Under the pieces are notes generated by a model that saw nothing but the letters and a program-made list of their open reading frames with translations, made no database searches and was not told where the DNA came from. Positions 52,370 to 64,000 of a stretch of DNA of 64,000 bases are shown in pieces. Both the position numbers and the translations under genes were made by a program. The stretch spans positions 102,672,001-102,736,000 of the forward strand of contig OZ024744.1 in assembly GCA_964016885.1 (NCBI GenBank), given 5' to 3'. Position 1 is the first letter of the stretch. Each line of letters opens with the position of its first letter. Origin of the DNA: Eledone cirrhosa. Taxonomy: Eukaryota.

Positions 52370-54370
52370 AGAAGCTTGTTTCCTGAGGGTATTTGCTTAC
52401 TTTCCCTGTGCAATGTCCACATATGAAGTCTGTGTTTTTACTAGCCTGCCTGATTTCCCACTACACCTCTCGTTTACCCAGTTTGCATTTGGGAAGCTAG
52501 ATTGAGTTTCTACCTACTCCTTTCCTGCATACAATGCAAGCCCATTTCCCTGAGGGAATCAAAGCCAATTTTTCTTTCTGCTCATTAGGATTTTGGTCTT
52601 TGCCAGGGTGACTTTAAGGCCTTTTATTTCCAAGCTGTGCCTCCATGTCTGAAATTTCCACTCTCTAATTCTGTCATAGATTCAGCTATGAGAGTGAAGT
52701 CATCGGTGTACAGGATTTCTCATGGGCAACCAGTCTTAAATTCCTCTGTTATAGACTGTAGGACAATAATGAAGAGGAGGGGGTTAAGGCCGGAACCCTG
52801 GTGTACCCCCACTGAATTCCTCACTGTACTCGATTTTAACTTTGCTGGTGGCACGCCCTATACATGGCTTGTACTACTTTCATCTGCCCCTTGTTTTCTA
52901 AGGGTTCACAAGATCGAGGGACTCTGTCAAAAGCTTGAATACTAACAAGAGTGGGTTGCTTTTAGACAAGTACTTCACAAGGAAGAGGGTTACAGTGATG
53001 TCTTTACCCGACACAAATCCAAACACTATCTCATCTAGGTCTATACAATCACTAACCAGTTGTACAATGACTTTCTGTAACTTTCATGACCTGCTCAGTC
53101 AGCTTTATGCTTCTGTAGTTACTTCTCTCTAGGGCATCTTCTTTTCCCTTATAACAGTTGACAATGATGTTGCTATTCCAATCACTAGCAATGACACCAT
53201 TCTGTATTACTTGGTTTACGACAAGGGTGGTTAGGGTGTGCCCTATCGTCTCAGATGCTTTCAACATCTCAGCCACTATTCTTGATGGTCCAGCTTCTTT
53301 ACCCCCTCTTCATTTTCGTAACTGCCTTACTTACTAGGCTGCTGCTTACTTGTACAGCTGGACCTTCTGTTGGGTAGACTTGGGGCAGGCTGTTTTTCTC
53401 CCATGTTTTCCTCATTCATCACCTCTCATAATATTTCCAAGCAACTTTCTTTTCAGTGTGTCATTGTTATTACAGATGCATTTCTCCCTAATTACAAAGT
53501 TTTCTTTGACACATTGACTTGCAATCCTGAACACCTCTCGCTGTTGGTCCATACATTGTAAAACATACCTAAACTTTTCATTTTCGGCTTGTCCTTGTGA
53601 GGTATACTTGGTACCTAGCTTCTTCATAAAGGTACCTGCTACCTCCATTTTTCCATGCTTGTCTTTTGGCCTTAATTGTTGCATCCACCTTATGATTTCA
53701 TCACTAGGTAGCGCTACTTCTACCTGGTGCCTTGCTTCATCCACATATCTCGTTTGTCACTTCCATTAGATTATCTCTCAGGAACTGCTCTTCTATATTG
53801 TATGTTTCTATTTCTTCTTCCTTACTACCAAAGGTGTCAAGCAAGATTCTCCTAAATTTGTTTACGAGCTGAGGGCTCCTTCAGCTTCCATATCTTTCTC
53901 CACCAGGCTGCCCTCTGTCTAGTTCTAACTCTGAAGATGCTGACTATTAGGTTATGTTGCGGTGTGCATTCCTCATTCAGGATGCTTTTTGTGTTTACAA
54001 CCATTGCTTTATCTTGTCTTCTGGGAGGATATAATCAATTTGGCTGATGTACTCACTTGAACAATAGATGATCAGTTGGTTAGCTGGTTTCTTGAAGTTT
54101 GTATTGCAGATAGTCAATTTGCTGGTGTCACAGAATTCTAGGAGTCTCAGTCCTTCCTCATTTCTTGTGCCAAATCTGAAACCTTTGTGGACCCCATAGT
54201 AGCCATCACTTTGTCTCCACACAATGTCCGTTGAAGTCACTTGCAATAATTGTGAAGTTGGTGTTACTAGTTTGAGAGGTTGCACTTATCAGGGATTCAT
54301 TGAACAAGTATTTTTGTTCGTCAGGCAGACCAGATGTGGGTGCATAGACAGACATGATTGACACCATTGT
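52370..54370 (-). mobile_element. Decayed RTE LINE (EN-RT-PHD fragments)
   Basis: Minus strand GFGTRNEEGLRLLEFCD, AEMLKAS, NYRSIKL, HQGSGLNPLLF and YTDDF. Confidence 0.85.
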
Positions 54371-54639
54371 TCTATTTAGGATGTTGTTACCTTTCCAGAA
54401 GAATTTAAAACATTGTTTTCTGCCTACTAGGAGTCTAGAAAATTCTTCTCTCCACCTGGTCTCTTGTATACAGCATAAATCAAATTTCTTTCACTCAAGC
54501 ATCACCTGAACTACCTTTCAGTGTCCCTACATTGATGGCTCTGCAGTCCCGGGGAAGGGGTACTGTGTACCTGGTGGTGGAGGATGGTGTTTGGTGCTGG
54601 CTTTTCGTGTTGAAAAAGGAGAGGGTCGACATGGTCATC

Positions 54640-56200
54640 CATGAACTTCTACCTGTATCTTGAATTCTTCACAAAACTCACAAGCCATTCTTCTACACTT
54701 AATTTGCTTAAGGACCACCAGATAATAGATCAAGGTACTCTGTCAAAGGTCTTCTCTAGATCAACAAAAGCTAAATATAGTGGCTTATTTTTGGTTAAGA
54801 ACTTCTCTTGTAGTTGCCTCAATAAAAAGAGGGCATCTGTAGTTAGTATTTTTCTCAGACATAAAACCAAACTGCATCTTATCTATTTTGACTCTTTCCC
54901 TAATTAGCTGTGCTAGATCTCTATCCTTCAGTTTCATAACCTGGTCCATTAGTTTTATTCCTCTGTAGTTGCTCCTTTCTGGAGCACCACCTTTGTTCTT
55001 ATAACAATTTATGATTGAACTGCTGTGCTAGTCATTGGGTATGACACCACCCTGTATTACCTGATTGACTATGTAGCTGACAATTGAACTGCTGTGCCAG
55101 TCATTAGATATGACACCACCCTGTATTACCTGATTGACTATGTAGCTGACAATTGAACTGCTGTGCCAGTCATTAGATATGACACCATCCTGTATTACCT
55201 GATTGACTATGTAGGTGACAATTGAACTACTGTGCTAGTCATTGGGTATGACACCACCCTGTATTACCTGACTGACTATACAGGTGACAACTGTACACTG
55301 TACCAGTCATTAGATATGACACCACCCTGTATTACCTGATTGACTATACGGGTTACTAGTTTGACTCCTACTCTCAATGCTTTTATCTCAGCAACTATCT
55401 CTGATGATCCTGCAGATTTACCTTTCTTTATCTCTTTAATTGCATCTTTGACCCTATAACTGCCTACTTCAATAGCTGGTCCTTCTGTTGGGTAAGCTGA
55501 GGGTAGTCTCTCTTTCTCTCATAACATTTCCTGGCCTCTTTCTTTTGAGCACCAGTAGTGCTAACAGTACCAGTGTCATTTCTAACACACTTTTCCCCAA
55601 CAACATCCTCATTTACACTGACATACTGGCTTGCAATGTGGAACACTTCATATCTCTGAAGACATTGGCAAACTATCTTTCTTCAACCTCTCTCCAAGCT
55701 GTGTATACTTGTCACCTAGCTTCTCTCTTAGCTACCTGGTACTGGTCTCTGCTACTCCCATTTTTCCAGTCTTTCCATGCCTGTCTCTTAGCTTTAATGG
55801 TTCTATCTACTGTGCTATTCCACCACCAGGTGTCACCCTCTGGCTGGTGCTTTACTCCAGCTACAAGTCTTGTCAGTAGTTTGCAAAAGGTTGTCATGTA
55901 AGAATTTCTAATTGTCCTCTACATCATAAGTATCTAGCTTGTCTCCCCTCTCATCTACAGTATCCCATAGGGCCTTTCTAAACTTATATTTAACTGAAAG
56001 GTCCTTTAGATTCCAAACCCTCTATGACCATATTTTCCTTTGTATTTGTTCTGTTTTGTGTTTATTTTGATGTCACTAATAATTAACTTGTGCTGAGCAT
56101 TGTATTTTTCCCCAGGGAAGGCCTTAGTATTTATTAGTCCAGTTATCCCTTTGAGTAATCAATCAATTTGGTTTGTTTTGCCTGATTGATATGAGATCAC
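54640..56200 (-). mobile_element. Decayed RTE LINE with internal 69-bp x5 tandem repeat (55014-55350)
   Basis: TWWWNSTVD, YQVAKREAR and FVDLEKTFD; repeat units start at 55014, 55083, 55152, 55221 and 55290. Confidence 0.85.
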
Positions 56201-56598
56201 CCTCCACCACTGCTGATTTTGTCACCCAGGTAACGGAAAATGTCCACTATTTCTATAGAACAATCTGGGCAGTTGAAGAAACTAGTATCCAGTGGGCACT
56301 TGATACTTATTGCACCTGAGCATCAGCCACATATAAAATCTACGTTCTTAGATAGCTTACATGTGATCCCACTACATCTTTTATGTACCCATAGTTTGCA
56401 TTTGGAACATAAAATGGAATTTCTGCCTACTCCTTTCCTGCACACTGAGCATGGCTATTTCCCAGAGAGCACCTGTGCCCTATTTTCCTTTCTACATACT
56501 AGAATTTTAGTCTTAGACAAGTTAACTTTAAAGCCTTTTGATTCTAGGCCATGCTTCCATGTTTGGAGTTTCTTCTCTAGTTCAGCCATAGATTCAGA
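56200..56598 (-). mobile_element. RTE fragment covering the PHD-like insert
   Basis: Minus strand GKxPCSVCRKGVGRNSILCSKCKLWVHKRCSGI. Confidence 0.8.
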
Positions 56599-56834
56599 AT
56601 ATATATATATCATAGATTGAGTTAAAAACTCAAAATAGTCTTTTACAATTGGGCTATTTGTCCAATATAGGTTTGTTATTTTTATTGATTTATTATGTTA
56701 AATCGAATCAGGCAAACCATATTGTTTTAAATTAGTATTTTTTCAACCTAGCTAACTTGGTTATTTGCAATTGGAACACATGTATAGTTATATCTGTGTT
56801 CATCCCTCTCATATATACAATTATATATATATAT

Positions 56835-57492
56835 ATCATCATCATCACCGCATGGGTTAGACGGGTTGTCCTGTTGTGGGCAGTGTCCAGTTGGCTGACC
56901 TTGTCTTGCTCACATAGGAACTGATTCTGGCTTGATTTCTACAGCTGGATGCCCTTCCTAACCTCATTTACAGTGAGTGCTGGGTGCTTTTTCCCATGGC
57001 GCCTACACGACCACTTTACAGTGTGGACTGGGTGCTTTTTTGCCGTGGCACCTCTACAACAATTTTGCAGTGGGAGAGGATGGGGGAATATTGTCTATAT
57101 GCTTCAGCTTTGGCTTGTTCCTGTGGGTGGTGGGGTACTCTGTATTAAAGCGTGACGCCAGAGGTCACAGTCGTGTGTCATCGCCCTTGAGAGGTGCAAT
57201 TGGGTAAGGTCAGCTTTTATCACCTCATCCCAGGTCTTCTTGGGTTTCCCCACTCCGCAGCTTCCATCGACTTCTAGTGCTCTGCACCTTTTTATGCAGC
57301 TGTCATCCTTCATACGCATCACATGTCCATACCAACTTAATCTCCTCTCCTGCACACAGCATTTGATTCATTCCTCTTATGCTTAGTTTCTCTCTCTCGG
57401 TTCGTTTATACTTTGCCGTTTGGGTATATTACTATTACACATCCATTGGAGCATGCAAGCTTCACTTCTTTCTAATCTATGCAAGTCTTCTA
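56835..57492 (-). mobile_element. RTE 3' fragment, same subfamily as 464-2130 including the long 3'UTR
   Basis: QERRLSWYGHVMRMKDDSCIKRC, and the same ORF/UTR junction AAGCTGAAGCATATAGACAATAT. Confidence 0.9.
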
Positions 57493-57699
57493 TATATATA
57501 TATATGAAAATGAATGAAAGGGAGGTATATTTGAAAAAAAGGGAAGAATGACTTCACTGGTGGTTGGTGTTCTTTAATGATTCAAATTTTTACAGTAAGT
57601 TATTGATATTAGCTCTGGCAAGTCCTTATTAACTTTCTGGGGAACTTTCTTACATTTGGTGGCACTTGCCAAACAGGTCTGTTGTTATATTGAGAAAAA

Positions 57700-59308
57700 C
57701 GAATGTAGGGTCAAAGAGGAAATTAAGGAAATGAAAAATGGTAAGGCCGCTGGACCATTGGGGATAGTTGCTGAGATGCTGAAGACATCAGGAGAAGTAG
57801 GAACTAAACTGGTTGCATGCATCATTAATCAAGCTATATATGGCAGAGTCATACCCAAAGACTGGTGCAGCAGCATTCTCATAAATTGCTACAAAGGTAA
57901 AGGGGATGCTCTAGAGAGGAGCAATTATAGGGGTATAAAGCTGATGGATAGGTTATGAAAGTGGCAGAGAGAATATTAGCACAACTGATTAGAGAAAGGG
58001 TCAAATTAGATGAGATGCAGTTTGGTTTTGTGCCTGGGAAAAGTACAACAGATGCCCTCTTCTTAGTTAGACAACTACAAGAGAGGTTCTTAGAGAAGAA
58101 TAAGCCACTATACTTAGCTTTTATTGACCTAGAGAATGCTTTTGATAGAGTACACTGATCTGTCATCTGGTGGTCTCTAAGGAAACTAGGTGTTGAAGAA
58201 TTGCTTGTGAGGGAGGTGCAAGCTATGTATAGAGGTGCTGTCAGTAAAGTAAGAGTAGGAATGGAGTTTAGTGTAGTGTTCATCAGGGTTTGGTCCTCAG
58301 ACCACTTTTATTCATTATAGTTCTCCAAGCCATAGCAGGAGCTTAAGACTGGCTGTCCATGGGAACTTCTCTATGCTGACGATCTGGTACTTATAGCAGA
58401 ATCAGTAGAGGAGCTAGAGAATAAATTCTGGCTATGAAAACAGCAGTTGGAATCAAGAGGACTAAGACAAAAGTGTTGATGAGTAGAAAAGAGGACAAAA
58501 CTCTGATTCCATCAGGGAAATGGCCATGTTTGATATGTAGGAAAGGAACTGGCATAAATTCTATAAAATGTACACAATGCAGATCTTGGGTACACAAGAG
58601 ATGTAGTGGGATAGCAGGCAAACTAACAGGTAGGGAAAACTACATATGCAGTAGATGTACAGGGAAAGTTGGCAGTAGAAGTCGCATTGATAGACACATT
58701 TTTCCAATGCAGGTGGGTTCTATAGAAGTGGTTGATAGCTTCCGGTACCTAGTATCTAGAATAAGGACGGGTTGGAAGAAGTTTAGGGAGCTGCTTCCTC
58801 TGTTGACAAAGAAGGGTTTCTCCCTGCGTACGAAAGGACGGTTATATGATGCTTGTGTGAGAATGCGCGAGGCTGCATGGTAGTGAGACATGGGCAGCGA
58901 CTGCAGAGGATATGCGATGGCTGGAGAGAAATGAAGCAAGCATGCTCCATTGGATGTGCAATGTCAATGTGCGTTAACGACCAAGCATAGATGAGTTGAG
59001 AGAGAGAGACTGTGTATAAGAGGGATAAGTTGTGGTGTGCGGGAGAGAAGACTGAGATGGTATGGGCATGTGATGCGCATGGAGGATGACCACTGGGTAA
59101 AGAAGTGCCAAGAAATCCCAGTAGAAGCAAGATGCAGTAGAGGAAGACCATGAAAAACATGGATGGAGGTAGTGAGAGCAGACCTCAGATTGCTGAAGCT
59201 CTCGAAGATGACGAAGGACCGTGACAAGTGGAGAGATGCTGTGCTGAATAGGACCCATCCCACCCTTGCTAACGGAAAAGCGGACGTAAAATGATGATGA
59301 TAATGATG
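57700..59308 (+). mobile_element. 5'-truncated decayed RTE LINE with PHD-like insert
   Basis: GKAAGPLGI, FIDLENAFD, YADDL and WPCLICRKG..CTQCRSWVHKRC..CSRC; (GAT)n tail. Confidence 0.93.
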
Positions 59309-59679
59309 TATATAAAAAGAGAGAGAGAGGGGGGAGGGATGGGGGCTCTATAAGTAGAGCCGTGAAAGTGTGTATGTATAAAAGAAGAGGTGTAAATCAA
59401 AATAGGGCACATGTCATTTTCTGATGATAGGAAAGTGAAAACAGTGATGGAATGAGAATGATGTTGGTGATGTTATTGTGATGGTCAGATAGATTTGACC
59501 TAGATGACATTGGTGAAGGAACAAAATAAGATTAAAGTGATAAAGTTGAAAAAGCAATAAAATAAATTAGAAAGTGTTTTATGAGAAGAGAGGGTGATTA
59601 AATGATGGAACCTTATTAGGGCGGATAAAAGACCAAATAAAGTTAATGAGATATATGTATTTAAATATATTATATTATT

Positions 59680-59760
59680 GCCTTTCATCCTTACGGGGTC
59701 GATAAAATAAAGTACCAGTAATGCACTGGGGTAATTGCTGGCCCTGTGCCAAATGTAGAA
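59680..59760 (+). mobile_element. SINE fragment (Meta/MESC-like body)
   Basis: GCCTTTCATCCTTACGGGGTCGATAAAATAAAGTACCAG. Confidence 0.8.
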
Positions 59761-59799
59761 TCATATTATTGTTGAAAAAACAGTAAATAGCTGGGTGAT

Positions 59800-60720
59800 G
59801 GATGGAATATCAATGGACAGCTACTTGTTTCCCTGAAGTCTCTATGTGAGTGCCCTAGTATTTGTGTTCTGATAAAGGATGCTAAGTTGAAACCATTCAA
59901 TTTGGGTATTGGACTCTGCCAAGAGTATGTACTGTCACCTCTCCTGTTCATAATCTCCATGAACAGGATCGACATGCACAGCTAGCTGGGTTGGAGGTGG
60001 TATCGAGACACAGGATTGACATGCACAGCTAGCTGGGTTGGAAGTGGTATCGAGACTGGCGGGTATAGGATCAATTTGGCGGAATTCGCAGATGATATAA
60101 TATTACTTAACTCATTAGAAGTGGATCTCTGGCATGCACTTGATAGGTTTACTGACAAGTACTGCTCGACAGGAATAATAATTAGTGCTGTGAAGAAAGA
60201 GACACCTACCTGTCCTCCCAATGAAGCCTGCACAGAAAACTTTACATAAGAGTTGAGTTCCACTGAATTAGGGGATGTTCAAGTATCTCGAGACCATGTT
60301 CACGAGTAATGCAGAGTAGGCAGCTGAATTGTAGAAGCTGGAGCAGTAATATGCCAGCTTCAGCATTCGGTTATCAGAAAAAAGGAGATATGTGTAAAAC
60401 GCAAACTCGCTATCTTCAATTTGTTATTTGTATCATGTAATTAGATTGTCTCAGGAAAGAATCGCTGGACAGATTTTACAGGTAAAAACGACCATTAGGA
60501 GACCCAGAGAAAGATGGTTGGAAAACATCCATGAGCCTATCCAGATCAACTGGACCTGATAGAAGGAAAGCGTGAAAACTCTTCCCCCATGACCCTCCCA
60601 GGAATAAATTGGCAAATAAGAAGGAGGAGGAGGAAGCTGAGGTTTACTTTGAAGTTGTATGGAACTTGAGCTTGGCTGGTCACAATTTGGCATCTAGCTG
60701 GATCAATTGGAGAAGGAGAA
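59800..60720 (+). mobile_element. Old, highly decayed LINE RT fragment
   Basis: GLCQEYVLSPLLFIISMNRI, FADDIILL and FKYL motifs; TGK..GRPR.RW-like C-terminal piece. Confidence 0.65.
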
Positions 60721-60971
60721 CCTGAGGACTGTCCACTATACCCTGCCAGGAATATGTGGGCCAAGGACAAGACAGAAAAAGAAGAGGAATAAAAAGAGGA
60801 AGGGGAGAAGGAAGGTTTACTTTGATGTCTTTATTCAGTAATGTGACATTCTGCAGATTTCTGTCTTAGCTGTATGAAACCTGATATAATATCTGAAGAT
60901 GAATATATAGATACATTACAGGGTGATGAGAACTCTTCAGTTGTGTCAATACCATGAGAACCTCTTTAATA

Positions 60972-61132
60972 TTTGTTTCTAATTTTGGCACAAGGCCAGC
61001 AATTACCCAGTGCATTACTGGTACTTTATTTTATTGACCCTGTAAGGATGAAAGGCAAAGTTAACCTCGGCAGGATTTGAACTCAGATCATAAAGGGACA
61101 TAACTATGTTGGAAAATATGTCCGACCCTCTC
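60972..61132 (-). mobile_element. tRNA-derived SINE (same family as 4947-5721)
   Basis: Direct similarity to the array units. Confidence 0.85.
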
Positions 61133-61164
61133 TGCAAGGTAAATAAACCCACTACACTCTATAC

Positions 61165-63411
61165 CAGGGGTCACCAAACTGTTTCACAGTGGGCCGGATA
61201 ACTGAAAGAATGACGAGCGCGGGCCACATAATCATTCTGTTCAATACTTGCAAGCCAGAACGAAAGCTCTGGGACAAAAGACGAAACACTACGTTTAGCA
61301 TTCCATGTTAATCATGGATAAGTGGCGTGCAATGCACAAAAAACAAAGACAACCAACATATTTATTTACTAAAAAGTTATCAAAGAAGGCGACGTTAGCA
61401 AAAATATAGTTACATCAGACCTAGTGTGCACATATCGGAATCTTACAAACTAAGCAGCGAAAAAAGGTTAGTGAGATTTGTGAAACTGACGTTTGGCTTT
61501 CAAGATATCATCAATGTTTGGTTTGGAATTGCTGCATCCAATCAAGAGAATTGCTTTCAAATGTTCATCAGTCAATCTCGTTCGATGTGATGACTTCACA
61601 TACTTCATTTTTGAAAATATTTGCTCACAGACATAAGTTGTTCCAAACAATGATGCCATACCAGCGGCAAATTTCTTCAATTTTGGAAACTCAACTCAGG
61701 TAAGAAGCGGTAAAATTCAACAAGTTTTCCTTCTCTGTGCTTCTCTTTCAACAAGTCATTTGCTTGCAAATCAATGAGCTCCAACTGTAGTTCAACTGGC
61801 ACATCATCAAGGTTACAATCAAACGGATTCTGGAACAGAAGAATGTCACTCTCAATTCTGTCGAGATCTGAAAATCTCTCCAAAAAAATGCTTCTTCAAG
61901 TCACGAATAATCTTTTTAGGAAAATCGAGGTTGACATCTTCAGCAATTGTAGCGCAAAACTCTTTGAAACAGTGAAAATGAGAGAAGTTTTCTCCTTCCA
62001 GTTGTGCTTCAAACAATGCAGCTTTCTCTGAAATCCTTTGATGATTCTGAAGAGATCACAGATGAGGTTATCCTTTCCTTGAAGTTTCAAGTTCAGTTCA
62101 TTCATGTGGGATGTGATGTCGACCAAAAATGACAACTTTGACAGCCAGGTAGGATCTGACAGCTGTGGATCAGCTCTATCTTTTTGAGTGAGAAAAACAT
62201 CTATTTCGTTTTGGAGCTTGTAAAAACGAAACAGGACTTTACCACAGCTGAGCCACCTCACTGCTGTGTGATAAGACAAGTCACAGAAATCAGAATCAAT
62301 TTCTTCAAGTAAAGCTTGGAACTGATGGTGATTGAGTGCATGTCCCCGAATGAAGTTCACAGCAGAAACGACTGGTTTCAGTACACAAGAAATATCCAAG
62401 TCTTTCCCACAGAGTGCTTGCTGATGTATGATGCAGTGTATGAACAGAGCGCCCGGAATTTGCAAATCTTCCAACTGAGTCCTGATCTGCCCGACCAGAC
62501 CCTTCCTCACTCCAGCCATGTTTTTTCCTCCATCAACTGTAACACGTCGAAGCTGATTCCACTGAAGGTTATAGTCTTGCAAAGTTTTCTGCACTTCCAT
62601 GAAAATGTCTTTTCTAGTTGTTGTTCCATGCAGCAAACGGATGCCAACTCTTCCATTATCTGAAAGTCCAAATTGACACCACGAATGAACACGAGAAGTT
62701 GTGACGTACTCGAGAGATCAGTAGACTCATCCAGCGCCAGAGAATACCACAAGTTCCTAGCTTTCTCGCGTATCTGTAGCACTATATTCTCTCCAAGTTC
62801 TTCTGTTCTCCGCACAACTGAACTTGTCGAAAGGTTGATACTTCCAAACAAATCGGCATTCTCAGGACACAAGTCATTTGCTGCTTCCATCATACATTCT
62901 TTGATGAAGTTGCCATCAGTAAACGGTTTTCTTCGCTCTGCCAACTTATGCACTATTTTGTAACTTGTACGAGTGACAGATTCATTTTCAGCAAACTTTC
63001 TTGTGAAGAAATTTCTTTGAGTTTCTAAACCATGTTTCATGGACTCATATTTCTCAGAGCGTAACTTTCCAGAAAACTTTGAATATGTTGATAGATGTTT
63101 TGTTTCAGTGACGCCGAAGATTGTACTCTTTCAAAACGGCAACACTTTCGCTGCATACCACGCAACTAGCTTTCTGGTCCTTTGTTTCCACAAATAAGTA
63201 CTTTACTCCCCATTCTTCATTGAAAACGCGACACTCGGCATCCACTTTTTTTTTCTCTTAGTAACCATAATAAAGGGTGAAGAAAACGGGATCTGAAAAT
63301 GAAAAAGACATTGAATTAGAAACATCTCGTGTTCCATCCGTTTTATCACACAAATGCAAGTACCGTCGGCGGGCCTGATCCGGCCCGCGGGCCGTAGTTT
63401 GATGACCCCTG
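61165..63411 (-). mobile_element. Full-length hAT (Charlie/SPIN/OC1-like) DNA transposon
   Basis: TIRs CAGGGGTCACCAAACT / AGTTTGATGACCCCTG (15/16 match); TSD CTCTATAC at 61157-61164 and 63412-63419. Confidence 0.97.
61468..63268 (-). pseudogene. Frameshifted hAT transposase (GTF2IRD2-like family)
   Basis: MVTKRKKKVD..CVVC..KEYNLRRH, YSLALDESTD, VTVDGGKNM, HCIIHQQALC, VRWLS and SLFGTTYVCEQIFSKMK; several frameshifts. Confidence 0.92.
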
Positions 63412-63419
63412 CTCTATAC

Positions 63420-64000
63420 AATAGTTAATGAGAGGAAATATATACAGCCAGGAAAGCTATCTTTTCAATAGTGTAAATGGCATAGCAACCTCTTTAGTCA
63501 TGGTGATCTGCTAAATAAATACACCCACTACCCTCTGTAAAATGGTTAATAATAGGACAAGTTTTTGAAAGAAAAGGCCAGGACTCTTCAGTTGTGTCAA
63601 TGCCATGACATTCTCATTTGTTGGTGTCAAGATAATATGCACCAAGTACTTTCTGTAAAATGGCTAATAATAAGAAATATCCACGACCAGGACAACCTTG
63701 AGTAAGAAAGGTCCAGGAGGACTCTTCAGTTGTATCAATACCATGACATTCTCCTTAGAGATAATGGTCTATTAGATATATACACCCACTACAGCAAGTA
63801 AAATCAAATATAATTGTTTCTAGCTAATATCTACCTGCCTGACAACCTAAGGGAAGTAACTCCTCTATGTGATGAGTGAGGAAGGAAGGGGGCTGTGATA
63901 AAGTGTAGAAAACAAGTGTTTGCTGCACCTGTTTTTTCTCATACATATAAATGCACACTACCTTCTGTAAAATGGTTAATAATAGGAAATATCCATAGCT
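63420..64000. repeat. Decayed irregular tandem repeats, continuing 60925-61160 across the hAT insertion
   Basis: Recurrent ACTCTTCAGTTGTGTCAATACCATGA and CCCACTAC..CTGTAAAATGGTTAATAATAGGA. Confidence 0.6.

Noticed and set aside
59970-60057. 48-bp direct duplication in an old LINE
   Set aside because: It is an ordinary local slippage duplication with no further structure.
61468-63268. Domesticated GTF2IRD2/ZBED-like host gene
   Set aside because: It has multiple frameshifts and is bounded by TIRs and a TSD.

Overview
This is eukaryotic, AT-rich DNA made almost entirely of repeats, with abundant (TA)n, (CA)n and (GA)n microsatellites. The repeat complement suggests a cephalopod, probably octopus (inference). 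No intact host gene is visible; the only candidate is one short terminal exon at about 46.2 kb on the minus strand. The window holds many decayed RTE-clade LINEs (one subfamily has a PHD-like finger inside ORF2, and a BovB-like copy has C-terminal C2H2 fingers), RTE-derived bipartite non-autonomous elements and tRNA-derived SINEs. It also holds a ~12.3 kb 61-bp CA-rich minisatellite with a ~3.24 kb higher-order duplication, a head-to-head pair of L1/Tx1-like LINEs in (CTGT)n, a CR1 fragment nested in a hAT MITE, a mariner relic, two non-autonomous Helitrons, a full-length OC1/SPIN-like hAT with an intact TSD, and two Penelope-like (PLE) RT/GIY-YIG remnants. The most notable signal is a set of type I hammerhead-ribozyme-like motifs beside (TA)n tracts: one near-canonical copy at the PLE 3' end, several inside short inverted-repeat mini-elements, and a multi-copy variant with a non-canonical CAGAAGA core. 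All folds were done by eye and need computational and biochemical confirmation.
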